Below the pieces are notes generated by a model. The model had not been told where the DNA came from, searched no databases, and worked only from the letters and a program-made list of their open reading frames with translations. The translations under genes and the position numbers were made by a program. Shown here piece after piece: positions 27,476-37,062 of a DNA stretch of 64,000 nucleotides. Position 1 is the stretch's first letter. Each line of letters starts with the position of its first letter. The stretch is from an uncultured Verrucomicrobiota bacterium (GTDB lineage: Bacteria; Verrucomicrobiota; Verrucomicrobiia; Limisphaerales; JAYPEY01), in contig CAZFLK010000004.1 of NCBI GenBank assembly GCA_964519245.1, positions 12,111 through 76,110 of the forward strand. The letters run 5' to 3'.

Positions 27476-30400
27476 TCCTTGTCCTTTCCGTCGCGCAATG
27501 GTTCGAACAATCCCTCGTCAAACTTCAATCTCAAGGCCATGTAGAGACCATGGCTCGTGTAGTCCTGACCCCGCAGGTCGCGGTCCTCGAAACCAAAGAA
27601 ATTGTAGCCCAGGCCAATTCTCAGATTCTGACGCACCGTGTAGCCGATCTCCGGTCCCAGCCCGAATTTCACCGATTCGAAATCCTGCGCGAAGAGGATG
27701 CTTCCGGTCAACCCGATGTCCCATTTGTCAGTCAATTCGTAGCTGATGCGCGAACCCAGCAGATGCGCCTGGTAGACGTCCTCGAACGGGGCCTGCTCCA
27801 TCACCAACTTGCCGGCGTAGTGACCGCTGATCAGCCAGTCGGCCGTCGGTTGATAGTTCACGTCAGCCGAAAGGACATTCACATGGCGCCGCTCATTCAA
27901 GGCTCCGCCAAAGGGATTGCCGTCCTCAATCTTGAACTCGTGCTTCATCAGGGCATTCCACTCGTCCGAATCCAATTGCCGCCAGGCGAGCCCCGATTGG
28001 ATTCGCGCCTGGAGCGTGTCCTTGCCGCCCTTGTTCGACGTCACATTCAGGATCGTCTTGCCCAGGAAGGTCCAGTTCTGGTTGATCCGCCGCGCATAGC
28101 CGAACGTGTTCAGCAGGTTGTCCGTCCCATTCGAGCGACGCAGCTCGATCCTGGCCGTGCCGCGCCAGTCCGGATTGCGGGTGTACTCAATGCCCAGCGA
28201 AACCGCGGTGGATTCCGATGTCAGACCCGCGGTCATGGGATTGACGCGCTCAAACGTCGTGCGGGCGCGAAGCCCGTCCGAAAGGGTCCAGAGGTTGCGC
28301 AGGCCCATGGCGGCTTCCGCCTCGCGCCCCGCGAAGGTGTCGCGGGCCCGATACTCGTTGAACATCTGGCCGCCCTTCATGTACTCCTGCTCGAAACCAA
28401 ACACCGTGCGATTCTGGCTCTGGGAGCCATTGAGTTCGAACGGGCCTCCCAACGCGTTCATGAATTCGTGCCGCGCGTAGACGCGCCCCTTGCCGTCCGC
28501 CTTGTAGTCCGCCCCCACCGCGACCAGGCGGTTGTCCGTGTTGACCACATCATTCTCCACCTCCGCGTAAGCATCGAGATTCCGGATCGACGGCACCGGC
28601 CCGCCCGCCCGTAACCGGACACTGCGAACCTTGTTCGGCGCAACCCCCACCGTATTCGTGCTCGCCGGTCCGCCGGTTTCCTGGCTGACGCGGCCGTCCA
28701 CCTGGATCACATAATTGCCTTTGAGCGATTTCTCGACGCCGGCGCGCACGCCTTTGCGGCTGCCATTGAGCCTGAAATCCTCGGTCACGATGCCCTCGAG
28801 GTTCAACCGGAGGCCGGGCCCGATCTTGCGGGAGGCCTCAACCCCGGCTTCAACCCGCCCGGGCAACTCGAAGGACGAACTGTTGGTAAAGGTGTTTCCC
28901 GTCCTCGTGTAAAAGATCCGGGCGTCCGTCTTGTCATCGCTGTGCCGCAATTCCGCGCGACCGCCGTTGCCGGAACCCATGAGATCCGACTCACTGCGAG
29001 CAACCTCGCCGATCAGGTGGGTCTTCTCGGCCAGCTTAATGGTCGCATTGGCGCTGTAGAGCTGGAAGTTGTCGAGCGGGTTCTCGTCGCGAACGACGCC
29101 GCCGCCCAACTCCACGCGCTCATGCACCTTCACCTTGCCATCCGCGCCATAGACCCAGAACTTGGTCCCGCCCTGATCCAACTCAAACGTGGCGCGAATC
29201 GAGATCGGGTTCAGGTTGGCGTCCAGGCTCGGAATCGGCTGCCGAAAAACGACCCGGCCGGTGAACGGCTCAAATTCGTAATCCACGAAACGCGCCATCT
29301 GCTCGACCTTCAAGACCACGGCCGGCTGGTTGCGGTCGCGGGTCAGGATCTCGATGCGCTCGCTGTTAACCAGGCCGTTGGCCGTGCCGAAATTGTAGGG
29401 GCCGGAAGTGCCGTTGGCCGGAAGCTCCGCAACCATCTGCCGCGTGGTGTCCTGACTGGCCCAGGCGTTGACCTTCACCCGCTCACGCTCGTAGTGATAG
29501 TTGACGCCGTTGAGGCTGCGGTTGTAGTTGCCCAGGCTGCGCGCCTCGTCACGCTCGGTTCCCTGCGTGGTGTAGTCGCCATAAAGCAGGAAGCTCTTCC
29601 GATGGTCGATCCGGACGAACAGCTTGCCGGTCGACTGGGCGTCGAAGCCCCGCGTCGAGGAGTCGCCATAGATCGGATAGTATTCGTCCGGTTCGATGTC
29701 GCGAAACAATTTCTCGCGCTCATCCTTCTCGGAATCATAGCTGGCAGTCAGCAGATATTTGCCCAGCACCTTGCCCTTGAGGAAAAAGGCGGCGCGACCG
29801 GCCCCTTGGACGCGGCCGTCGTTTCCGGTCACCGAGAAATCGCGCAGCTCTTCCGAGAAGCCATCTGACGATCGGGCGGGGCGAATGGAGCCGGAAGCCA
29901 GGTCGCGCAGATTGATGGAGCCTTCAATGACGCCGACGGCCATGAAGGGCCTCAGGTTGGGCAGGAAAGCCAACTCCTCCTCCGCCTTGATCACGCCGGC
30001 CGAAACTCGGATCAAGGCTGTCCCGGGATCCGTCGGCGGAACCAGTTCCACCACCGCCTTGCCTCCGCGCACGAAGATCTGCGTGCCCGGCTCCTTCTCG
30101 TTCTCATCCTTGACCTCCCAACGGCCCACGCTCGCCTCCAGGGTCACCGGAGTCTGAACCGTGACCGGCAGCCCCTGGGCGTCAACAATCGTGATCTCAA
30201 TCGCCGCGTTGACATCGGTCTCCGCATAAACGTCCTGCGCTGGAAGCCGCAGGCGAATGGTCGCCAGGTCTCCCGGCGCCGTGACCCGAACCGTCTGCTC
30301 GCCACGCTGGTTGCCAAAGGGATCATACTGCTTCAAGGACAACGTGTTTTCACCGACCTCGAAATTCACGCCGATGTACTCGTTGGCGTCCACCTGCTTG

Positions 30401-33400
30401 GATGCCAGACGCGCGCGCTTGCCGATGCGCTCCGACGGGATCTCGACCCCGTTCAATTCCAGCGTCAACCGGCTGTTCATCGGCCCCTTGACGCGCACGT
30501 TCGACTGCCGGGTCGGCAACACATCGCCGTCCCGAAGGTCCATGAAGGCCAAGGCGTTGTTCTCCACCTTCGGCAGATCCGCCTCCAGATCACCGGTAAA
30601 GGAGGCGTCAACCGGGCGCGCCGGCAGATTGGAGTTGGAGCCATTCAATGAGTCCCGGGGCAGCAGCGGCTTGAAGTTGGGCCGTGAAATCGGCGCATTC
30701 GTTCCCGAGCCCATCGGCCGGGACTCATCCCCGTCAACGCGCTGCTCCAAGCTCCGGAAGGCCGCCTCGTCGATCAGGCTTCCCTGCGTCTGGTTCTGAC
30801 CGATCATGCCCGTATTCGGCCGCGCCTTGACATCGCCAATATCCAGCGGCCGCCCATCGGCCCGCAACTGCCGTTGCAGCCCGACTTCAAGTTCATTGGA
30901 CGCGCCTTCAAACTTGAGCCGCCGCCGAAGAACCTCCTCCCTTCCGCCGGCATCCGCCTCAATGGCGAAGTTCGCCTTGTGGAGTTCCCCGTTCGTCAAT
31001 TCCACAAACCGGGTGGCTCCATCGCCGGCATTCTTGGTGGAAAGCACGCTCAACCTCGCGCCGTAGGGCAGCGTGATGGGATCGACCTTCAGCACATGGG
31101 TCCGCGCCGTGATGCCGTAGAGGTTGTAGAGGCCGTTGCGGTCCGTGATCACATAGTTGCCGTTCTCCATGTAGATCCGGACGCCGGGCACGCCCATCTC
31201 GCCCTCGTCCTGGATCCGGTTGCCATTCTCATCCATGAAGATGCGCCCCACAATGACGCCCTTGTCCGTGAAGACGCCGGGCTCCACCTTGACCTGCGCG
31301 GTGGCCAGGTTGCTGGTCGACGGCGGCGCCGCCGAGGTCGCCTGGGCCCGGTTGACGCCGTCCCCTTCCAATGCCCCCGGCCCCAATCGGACCTGATACG
31401 ATAGTTCCACCGTGGTCGACGGCCCGATCGCTCCCAAGGCAAAAAGAAGCCGCGGGCCTTCGCCTCCCACCGGATCGGCCAGGGACAGCCCATTGTACCG
31501 GGCCGTTCCAGGTTGATAGCGAAAGCCCGCGGGCAAATTGTCTTCCAAGGTCACCCCGCTCATGATGAACGCGGCGGTGTTCTTGATCTCAATGTTGTAA
31601 ATGACCGAATCCCCCAGCTCGGCAACCTCTCTGGACGCCTTCTTGTCGACAAGCAGCGCCCCCAGGATGGCATCCGGATCGACCGGAACGTCCACCCGGA
31701 CCGGCCCCGTGGACAGATCCACCGGAAAGTCGCCGCCGTAGGAGGCGGAAGCGACCACCGTGCGTCCCGCCGGCAACTGCGCCGGCGCAAAGGCGCTGGG
31801 ATACTTGAACGCCGGCGGCGGCGTCACCTCCAACCGGTAGACGCTGGCCGAAACCAGCGGAAACTCATAGAGCCCGTCGACGCCGGTTGTCACCGTACTC
31901 GGCGCCGGCGTGACGGCATCCGCCAGCAGCACCGTCGCCGGACCGCCCGGATTGCCGCCATTGCCGGCTCCTGTCACATCGATCAGGCTCACCACCGCTC
32001 CCGCCACCGGCGTGTCGTCCTTGCTGCTGAAGACAATGCCGAACGGATCGATCAAGATCGTGGTCACCACCGTGCTTGAGCCGCAACCGCTGATCTCCGC
32101 CGCCAGGGAGTCGTTCTTCTTGGTCTGCATTATCCCGTCGCCGGTAACGACGGTATGCGTATTCGCATCCTGGGTGGCAATAAACGGCAACACCAGGAAA
32201 CGCCCCGTATTTGGCCCGGTTTCCACCGCCTCAAACGACTCAGCATCGCCCGTCAAGGAAGACACCAAGGTGATGACGCGCCGCTCGACGACCGTGGGAA
32301 ACTCATTGCAAGCCGAGGCCTCGGCTCCGACATACAGCGGATTCCCCAGACGGGACACCGGCGTGGGCACCAAGAAATCGCTGCTCCGGTAGTACTCGAT
32401 GGTCGGCTCGACCAGCGGCACCTCGACAACCACCGGATTCGAATCCTCCACCCGACTGGAAACGCCGTCATGGAAGTAGATCATGCCCGTGTTCACGATG
32501 TCGCCCGAGGCAATCGAGCTGATCTTCACCTTGAAGCTGATCTCGAAGGCGCTCTTGTCCGCCAAGGTGGGAAACCCGACCCCGATCGCACCGACCTCAA
32601 CCAAATCCGCGGGCGGCGTCGTGCGGTAGAAATGCAGGGGATCGCCATGGCGGTGATAGAGTCGCTCCCCGCCAAAATCCCGCTCGAAGGAGACGAACTC
32701 AGTGTTGCTCGGAATCACGTCCCGCACCACGCACATCATGCGTTCGAATCCGTCCACGTTGACCGCGATGGCTCCTAGAACGCCGCTGCCGACGTTGCTG
32801 CCCATCAAGTTGAACTCCACCTCGTCATTGCGTTGCGCCGTGGTCGTGGACGCGGATTTCACGATCTCAATCCGGGCCAACGAGCCCAGTACGGTGACAG
32901 TATCGGTCACCTGGGCGGTCACCCCCTGCACCATCGCCGTGGCCGACATGCGAACGACCGCGGCCTCATCCTTTGTGGCCCCGTCCGGGACCCGGCCCAA
33001 GATGACGAAACGCATCGATTGGCCGGCCGCCAGGGAAACCAGGGTCAAAGGATTGTGATTCTGGGGCCCCAAGGGAGGGCCTTCGGAGAAAATGACGGCC
33101 TCGCCAGCGTCAGCCAGTCCATTCCCGTTCACATCGTGGTAAAGCGTCAATCGCTCCAGATCGTAGTCGTCGGCCTGAAGATTGTGCACCTCAAGCCGGA
33201 TGTCGGACAATCCATTGCCCCTGTTTTCCAAACGATGCGCGAAGGAGACCGTCGCGCCCGGCACATGCTCCTCGGTGTGGTCCGGCTCCAACAAGAGCCG
33301 CTCTTCCAACGCCACCTGAATACGCACCTGACTCGACATGACCTGCTCCCGAAATCCTGTTTCATCCTCATACTGGGCAAAGGCGCGATTGGTGATTTCG

Positions 33401-33510
33401 ACACCGTGATCCGTCGCCAGGGCCATTGAGGAAGACAGACACAAGAGGACCGCAAGCAGCCAGACGGCGCTTCGGTCAGCACAACACGTCATGTGTCTGT
33501 AACACGTCAC
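27472..33510 (-). CDS. 2,012-aa protein: N-terminal DUF11/Cna-B/Ig-like beta-sandwich domains plus a C-terminal ~770-aa predicted outer-membrane beta-barrel (locus protein 3)
   Basis: Signal peptide 'VWLLAVLLCLSSSMALA' (start at ATG 33510 or 33492). DUF11-like segments include 'LVDKKASREVAELGDSVIYNIEIKNT...'. Cna-B/SdrD-B-like segment 'GRIFMDENGNRIQDEGEMGVPGVRIYMENG'. The C-terminal region has amphipathic, aromatic-capped strands ('KLFVRIDHRKSFLLYGDYTT', 'LRIGLGYNFFGFEDRD', 'GLYMALRLKF'). Confidence 0.8.
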   Translation of the reverse strand: MTCYRHMTCCADRSAVWLLAVLLCLSSSMALATDHGVEITNRAFAQYEDETGFREQVMSSQVRIQVALEERLLLEPDHTEEHVPGATVSFAHRLENRGNGLSDIRLEVHNLQADDYDLERLTLYHDVNGNGLADAGEAVIFSEGPPLGPQNHNPLTLVSLAAGQSMRFVILGRVPDGATKDEAAVVRMSATAMVQGVTAQVTDTVTVLGSLARIEIVKSASTTTAQRNDEVEFNLMGSNVGSGVLGAIAVNVDGFERMMCVVRDVIPSNTEFVSFERDFGGERLYHRHGDPLHFYRTTPPADLVEVGAIGVGFPTLADKSAFEISFKVKISSIASGDIVNTGMIYFHDGVSSRVEDSNPVVVEVPLVEPTIEYYRSSDFLVPTPVSRLGNPLYVGAEASACNEFPTVVERRVITLVSSLTGDAESFEAVETGPNTGRFLVLPFIATQDANTHTVVTGDGIMQTKKNDSLAAEISGCGSSTVVTTILIDPFGIVFSSKDDTPVAGAVVSLIDVTGAGNGGNPGGPATVLLADAVTPAPSTVTTGVDGLYEFPLVSASVYRLEVTPPPAFKYPSAFAPAQLPAGRTVVASASYGGDFPVDLSTGPVRVDVPVDPDAILGALLVDKKASREVAELGDSVIYNIEIKNTAAFIMSGVTLEDNLPAGFRYQPGTARYNGLSLADPVGGEGPRLLFALGAIGPSTTVELSYQVRLGPGALEGDGVNRAQATSAAPPSTSNLATAQVKVEPGVFTDKGVIVGRIFMDENGNRIQDEGEMGVPGVRIYMENGNYVITDRNGLYNLYGITARTHVLKVDPITLPYGARLSVLSTKNAGDGATRFVELTNGELHKANFAIEADAGGREEVLRRRLKFEGASNELEVGLQRQLRADGRPLDIGDVKARPNTGMIGQNQTQGSLIDEAAFRSLEQRVDGDESRPMGSGTNAPISRPNFKPLLPRDSLNGSNSNLPARPVDASFTGDLEADLPKVENNALAFMDLRDGDVLPTRQSNVRVKGPMNSRLTLELNGVEIPSERIGKRARLASKQVDANEYIGVNFEVGENTLSLKQYDPFGNQRGEQTVRVTAPGDLATIRLRLPAQDVYAETDVNAAIEITIVDAQGLPVTVQTPVTLEASVGRWEVKDENEKEPGTQIFVRGGKAVVELVPPTDPGTALIRVSAGVIKAEEELAFLPNLRPFMAVGVIEGSINLRDLASGSIRPARSSDGFSEELRDFSVTGNDGRVQGAGRAAFFLKGKVLGKYLLTASYDSEKDEREKLFRDIEPDEYYPIYGDSSTRGFDAQSTGKLFVRIDHRKSFLLYGDYTTQGTERDEARSLGNYNRSLNGVNYHYERERVKVNAWASQDTTRQMVAELPANGTSGPYNFGTANGLVNSERIEILTRDRNQPAVVLKVEQMARFVDYEFEPFTGRVVFRQPIPSLDANLNPISIRATFELDQGGTKFWVYGADGKVKVHERVELGGGVVRDENPLDNFQLYSANATIKLAEKTHLIGEVARSESDLMGSGNGGRAELRHSDDKTDARIFYTRTGNTFTNSSSFELPGRVEAGVEASRKIGPGLRLNLEGIVTEDFRLNGSRKGVRAGVEKSLKGNYVIQVDGRVSQETGGPASTNTVGVAPNKVRSVRLRAGGPVPSIRNLDAYAEVENDVVNTDNRLVAVGADYKADGKGRVYARHEFMNALGGPFELNGSQSQNRTVFGFEQEYMKGGQMFNEYRARDTFAGREAEAAMGLRNLWTLSDGLRARTTFERVNPMTAGLTSESTAVSLGIEYTRNPDWRGTARIELRRSNGTDNLLNTFGYARRINQNWTFLGKTILNVTSNKGGKDTLQARIQSGLAWRQLDSDEWNALMKHEFKIEDGNPFGGALNERRHVNVLSADVNYQPTADWLISGHYAGKLVMEQAPFEDVYQAHLLGSRISYELTDKWDIGLTGSILFAQDFESVKFGLGPEIGYTVRQNLRIGLGYNFFGFEDRDLRGQDYTSHGLYMALRLKFDEGLFEPLRDGKDKE

Positions 33511-33646
33511 TTCAAACGCGACCTAAAGGGAGATTTTCTGAGGGCACACCGGTACTGTTGCCATCCGAGAGGGTTGGAATCCGACGGTTTGCGACGACCC
33601 CCTCGCGGGGTTCCGCATCGACCTGGCCAAGCAATATTTTTGGCCC

Positions 33647-33679
33647 AAAAGGAGGGGAGAGGCTTTCGCCTCCCCCCTC
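33647..33679 (-). terminator. strong stem-loop (terminator/attenuator candidate) between locus genes 2 and 3
   Basis: On the minus strand: GAGGGGGGAGGC-GAAA-GCCTCTCCCCTC, a 12-bp stem including one G.U pair with a GNRA tetraloop, followed by CUUUUGGG. It starts 16 nt after the stop of the 912-aa gene. Confidence 0.55.
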
Positions 33680-33695
33680 GCGGGGCCGCATGGGC

Positions 33696-36434
33696 CTATT
33701 CGTTGATTCTCACCGCGAAGGTGATCGTCACTTCCTCAAGCGAGGCCAACGCCGGAATGGTCACTACCAACTGGGCCGGGTCGGCGGCGCCGTTGGCGGG
33801 CTCCGTCGTGATCGTCGGCACCGGAGTCCCAACGGTCGCTGCCGCGGCCGCCTCGTAATCCACCATGCCGAGCGTGGCCTTCAGATACGTGGTGTGGGTC
33901 GGAATCGTATCCGTCACCACCACGTTCGTCGCCGTCGTCGTGCCGCTATTCTTCACCTTGATCTGGTAAAGAATAATGGTGCCGGGAGGCGCTGTCAGCG
34001 GCGTGGCCACAAAGCCCGCGCCGTCCGCCGCGCCATCTTCGTTGGCGTCCAACGCCTGCTTCTTGGTCACCTGGACATTGCCCTCCACGATGGTGGACTG
34101 GTCCGTGGCCGTCGCATCCGTCGGCGCCGTCGTGGTGTGGCCATTGTTCGCCGTGGAGGCCGTGATGGTCGTGGTGTTGACACCCGGCGCGGACACCGTG
34201 TTGTCGGCAAACACCTTGACGATCAGCTTGACCGTGTCGCCCGGCTGCAGCGGCAGGCTGGGGACCAACGCCGCCACCCCGTCGAGGGTGACGATGTTCG
34301 GCTCGCCGGCGTCCAACTCACCGTCGCCATCCGTGTCCCAGTGAACGACGGAAGAGAACCCGGAGGTATCGTTCGAGGTGGACAGGGTGATCGTGCTGAG
34401 CACGCCGTCGCCCTCGGCGACGTTACCGGTGTTCTCCAGCGTGTGGGAGTAGGTCACCGTGCCGTTCGGGAAGATCTGCCCCGTATTGTTCGGTGTGATC
34501 GTCAGTGAACGAACGGTCTGCACCGTCACGGCGTCATGTTTGATGTCCGAGGCGGTGGTCGTCGGAGACAAGGCCCGGAAGAACACCGACTGGGTCGTGG
34601 GCGTGGCGCCCGCCGGAACGGTCACCACCGCCGTGACCTCGACGCTGCCGTTGGCCGCGATCGAACCGGTCTCCGTGTCCTCGGTTCCGCCAACGCCTCC
34701 GGCGCTGCCGACGAAGAACTTCACGCTCCAGCCGGCCGGCAAGGCCGCCATGCCGGAGGTTGAACCCGCAGCCAGATCGAAGGCGTCCGGAATCGTGCTC
34801 GTGTTGTTCACGAACAGGATGAAGGACGTCGTGACCGGGTTGTCGCGGTTCGGCGTGACCGTGTTGGTCGTGATCGCAGCGACCTCGGGGCCCGCGCCCA
34901 GACCGTCGCCCGCGTCAGCTCCGCCGGTCACGGACAAGTCGTTGGTCACATCAACCGTGTTGTCGGTGATCTCGTCCAAGGTATCGTCCGCATCGTCGCT
35001 CGCGGGCGTCGCGCCGGGATCCTTGGTCGAGGTCGCGGTCTTGGTCAACGTCGCCGGGACGTCCGCGTCGGTCATGCCGGGCGGCAGGATAACGCGCACC
35101 TTGACGTTGATCGTGGCTCCGGCGGCGACCGGCCCCGTATCGGGAATGGAGTCGCCCGTGCTGTCCGTCTGCAGCGTAACGCCGTCCAACTTCATGAAGT
35201 CGATCTGCGCCCCAGCCGGGAAATTGCCCCGGACGTAGGTCAGGTTGAAGGTGTCCTCGACATTGCCATCGTTGGTCAGGGTGTTCGTGAAGATCACGGT
35301 GGCGCCCTGGGTGACCGGGCCCTGGGTGTCGCCGGTCAGGGTGACGCCGTAGGTCTCATTCACCGTCACGGTCGCCGGACCTGCGATAAATGGGCCCTGG
35401 TCGTCCGTGCCGTCATTGTATTCATAGCTGACGGTGTTGTTCTTGCCTCCCGGAGTCGCGCCCGCGGCAATATTGACCTGGAAGTCGATCGTGCCGGAGT
35501 CGCCGGGTAGCACTTCATTGACCACGACCGTGATCGTGGAACCGGTGATCGAGTAGTCGATCGTGTTGGGCGCCGTGCCCTGGGTGTCGCCGGTGTTATC
35601 CGTGAGCACGGTGGCTCCGGTGACGGACCAACGGCCGCTGTCGTCGACGTACTCCAGTTCCGCGTTGATCGTATCCGTAAAGGTCAGCGTCTGGGCCGCG
35701 CCGATACCGATGTTTTCATAGGTGAAGCGGAAGGTGAAGGGACCGTCTCCGGGCGCGCCGTCATCGGCTCCAACCACGGTCTTGCTGACCGTGACGTTGG
35801 CCGCGCCGGTGACGTCGGCGGTGTCCGTGTTCGTGTCCGTCGCCGTGCCCGTCGCCTGACTGGTCGCGGTGATGGTCAACTGCCCCTGGTCGCCGTCCAC
35901 GGCCGAGCCCGGCACGGTGGCGATCACGAGGATGTTGACATCCGCATCACGACCGAGGTTGTCCACGCTCGTGATGGCCGCGCCGTCCGCAACGCCATTC
36001 TTGTCCGCATCCAGAAAGATCTGGATGGACGTGAAGTTGAAGTCGTCGGTTCCAAGCTGCGCGGTCACGAGGTTGAAGCTGTCCGTGCCGTTGCCTGTGT
36101 TGACCAGGTTGTGGACGAAGGTCACCGGCTGACCGGGCGAGGCCGGCAACGTCTGCGTTGCGGTCAAGGTCAAAGACCCGACCTGCTCAACCGTGGTGAT
36201 CACGGGCAGCGAGTTCGCTGTGCGCGAGGTTCCGCCGCCGTCCAGATAGCTGGCGGTGGCGATGTTTCCGACACTCGACCCGGCATCCGGAGCCGCCGCC
36301 TGCGCCTTGCCGCCGCCCGTAAAGAGCGATGCGGCAAACACAAGCGCACCCGCCAAACCGGCGATCATCGCTTTGGGACGCGATCGATAAAATCGACCGG
36401 GTCCGGTGTTCATGGTTGTTTTCATTTGTATCAT
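33696..36434 (-). CDS. secreted 912-aa protein made of tandem DUF11-type beta-sandwich domains (locus protein 2)
   Basis: Signal peptide '...AGALVFAASLFTGGGKAQA'. Repeated pattern 'G..V.F.H.L.N.GN..D.F.L', 'D.DGDGELDAGEP' and terminal 'ILYQIKVKNSGTTTATNVVVTDTIP...VTITFAVRI'. Confidence 0.8.
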   Translation of the reverse strand: MIQMKTTMNTGPGRFYRSRPKAMIAGLAGALVFAASLFTGGGKAQAAAPDAGSSVGNIATASYLDGGGTSRTANSLPVITTVEQVGSLTLTATQTLPASPGQPVTFVHNLVNTGNGTDSFNLVTAQLGTDDFNFTSIQIFLDADKNGVADGAAITSVDNLGRDADVNILVIATVPGSAVDGDQGQLTITATSQATGTATDTNTDTADVTGAANVTVSKTVVGADDGAPGDGPFTFRFTYENIGIGAAQTLTFTDTINAELEYVDDSGRWSVTGATVLTDNTGDTQGTAPNTIDYSITGSTITVVVNEVLPGDSGTIDFQVNIAAGATPGGKNNTVSYEYNDGTDDQGPFIAGPATVTVNETYGVTLTGDTQGPVTQGATVIFTNTLTNDGNVEDTFNLTYVRGNFPAGAQIDFMKLDGVTLQTDSTGDSIPDTGPVAAGATINVKVRVILPPGMTDADVPATLTKTATSTKDPGATPASDDADDTLDEITDNTVDVTNDLSVTGGADAGDGLGAGPEVAAITTNTVTPNRDNPVTTSFILFVNNTSTIPDAFDLAAGSTSGMAALPAGWSVKFFVGSAGGVGGTEDTETGSIAANGSVEVTAVVTVPAGATPTTQSVFFRALSPTTTASDIKHDAVTVQTVRSLTITPNNTGQIFPNGTVTYSHTLENTGNVAEGDGVLSTITLSTSNDTSGFSSVVHWDTDGDGELDAGEPNIVTLDGVAALVPSLPLQPGDTVKLIVKVFADNTVSAPGVNTTTITASTANNGHTTTAPTDATATDQSTIVEGNVQVTKKQALDANEDGAADGAGFVATPLTAPPGTIILYQIKVKNSGTTTATNVVVTDTIPTHTTYLKATLGMVDYEAAAAATVGTPVPTITTEPANGAADPAQLVVTIPALASLEEVTITFAVRINE

Positions 36435-36513
36435 GGTTGCTTTTCCTAGGGTTTGTTTTGTCTTGGGGAAATGACGACGGCGATCGCTGAGCGCGGGCCG
36501 ACCGCCGTGAAAG

Positions 36514-37062
36514 TTACTGCTTGGCCGCCGTGGTCGGCGCGTCCGCGGGATCGATCCTCGTGCGCATCTTCACCGTGACCGTCTGTTTAGCCGGAAGGTC
36601 AACAGGCGCCCAGCGGACGGCCCGATACTCGGAGGGAGCGACCTTGACCCGCACCTGCTTGCCATCGGCCGAGGTGACGGTCTTCATAAGCGGAACCGGC
36701 AGGAAATTTGCGCCGTCAATGGTGGCGAACTTGATCTTCGGCTTGGCGCTGCCGCCAATATACTTGGTCCCGGCGGGAATCGGCACGGTGGGCGCCAACT
36801 TGCGCAAGGTGTCGTCCGTCTTGTTTCGGTACGAAGCGGTGTATTCAAGCACTTCGCCGGGCTTGGCCTTGTTCCCCGGCAACATCTGCTCCTTGCCTTG
36901 GGAATCCTTCACGACCTTCTTCGCGACCAGCTTGATGTCCAGATTTGGATCATTCTGGGCGCTCGCCGAGCCGACGAATGCGGTGATTAACATTCCCACC
37001 AGGGCCGCCATCGCCGCCCCTTTCCGTCGGAATCCGGTTTTTTCGTCAACTGATGTTTTCAT
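36514..37062 (-). CDS. secreted 182-aa single-domain DUF11-like protein (locus protein 1, candidate major subunit)
   Basis: Signal peptide 'AALVGMLITAFVGSASA|QN'. One beta-sandwich-sized domain: 'KAKPGEVLEYTASYRNKTDDTLRKLAPTVPIPAGTKY...QTVTVKMRTRI'. Confidence 0.75.
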   Translation of the reverse strand: MKTSVDEKTGFRRKGAAMAALVGMLITAFVGSASAQNDPNLDIKLVAKKVVKDSQGKEQMLPGNKAKPGEVLEYTASYRNKTDDTLRKLAPTVPIPAGTKYIGGSAKPKIKFATIDGANFLPVPLMKTVTSADGKQVRVKVAPSEYRAVRWAPVDLPAKQTVTVKMRTRIDPADAPTTAAKQ

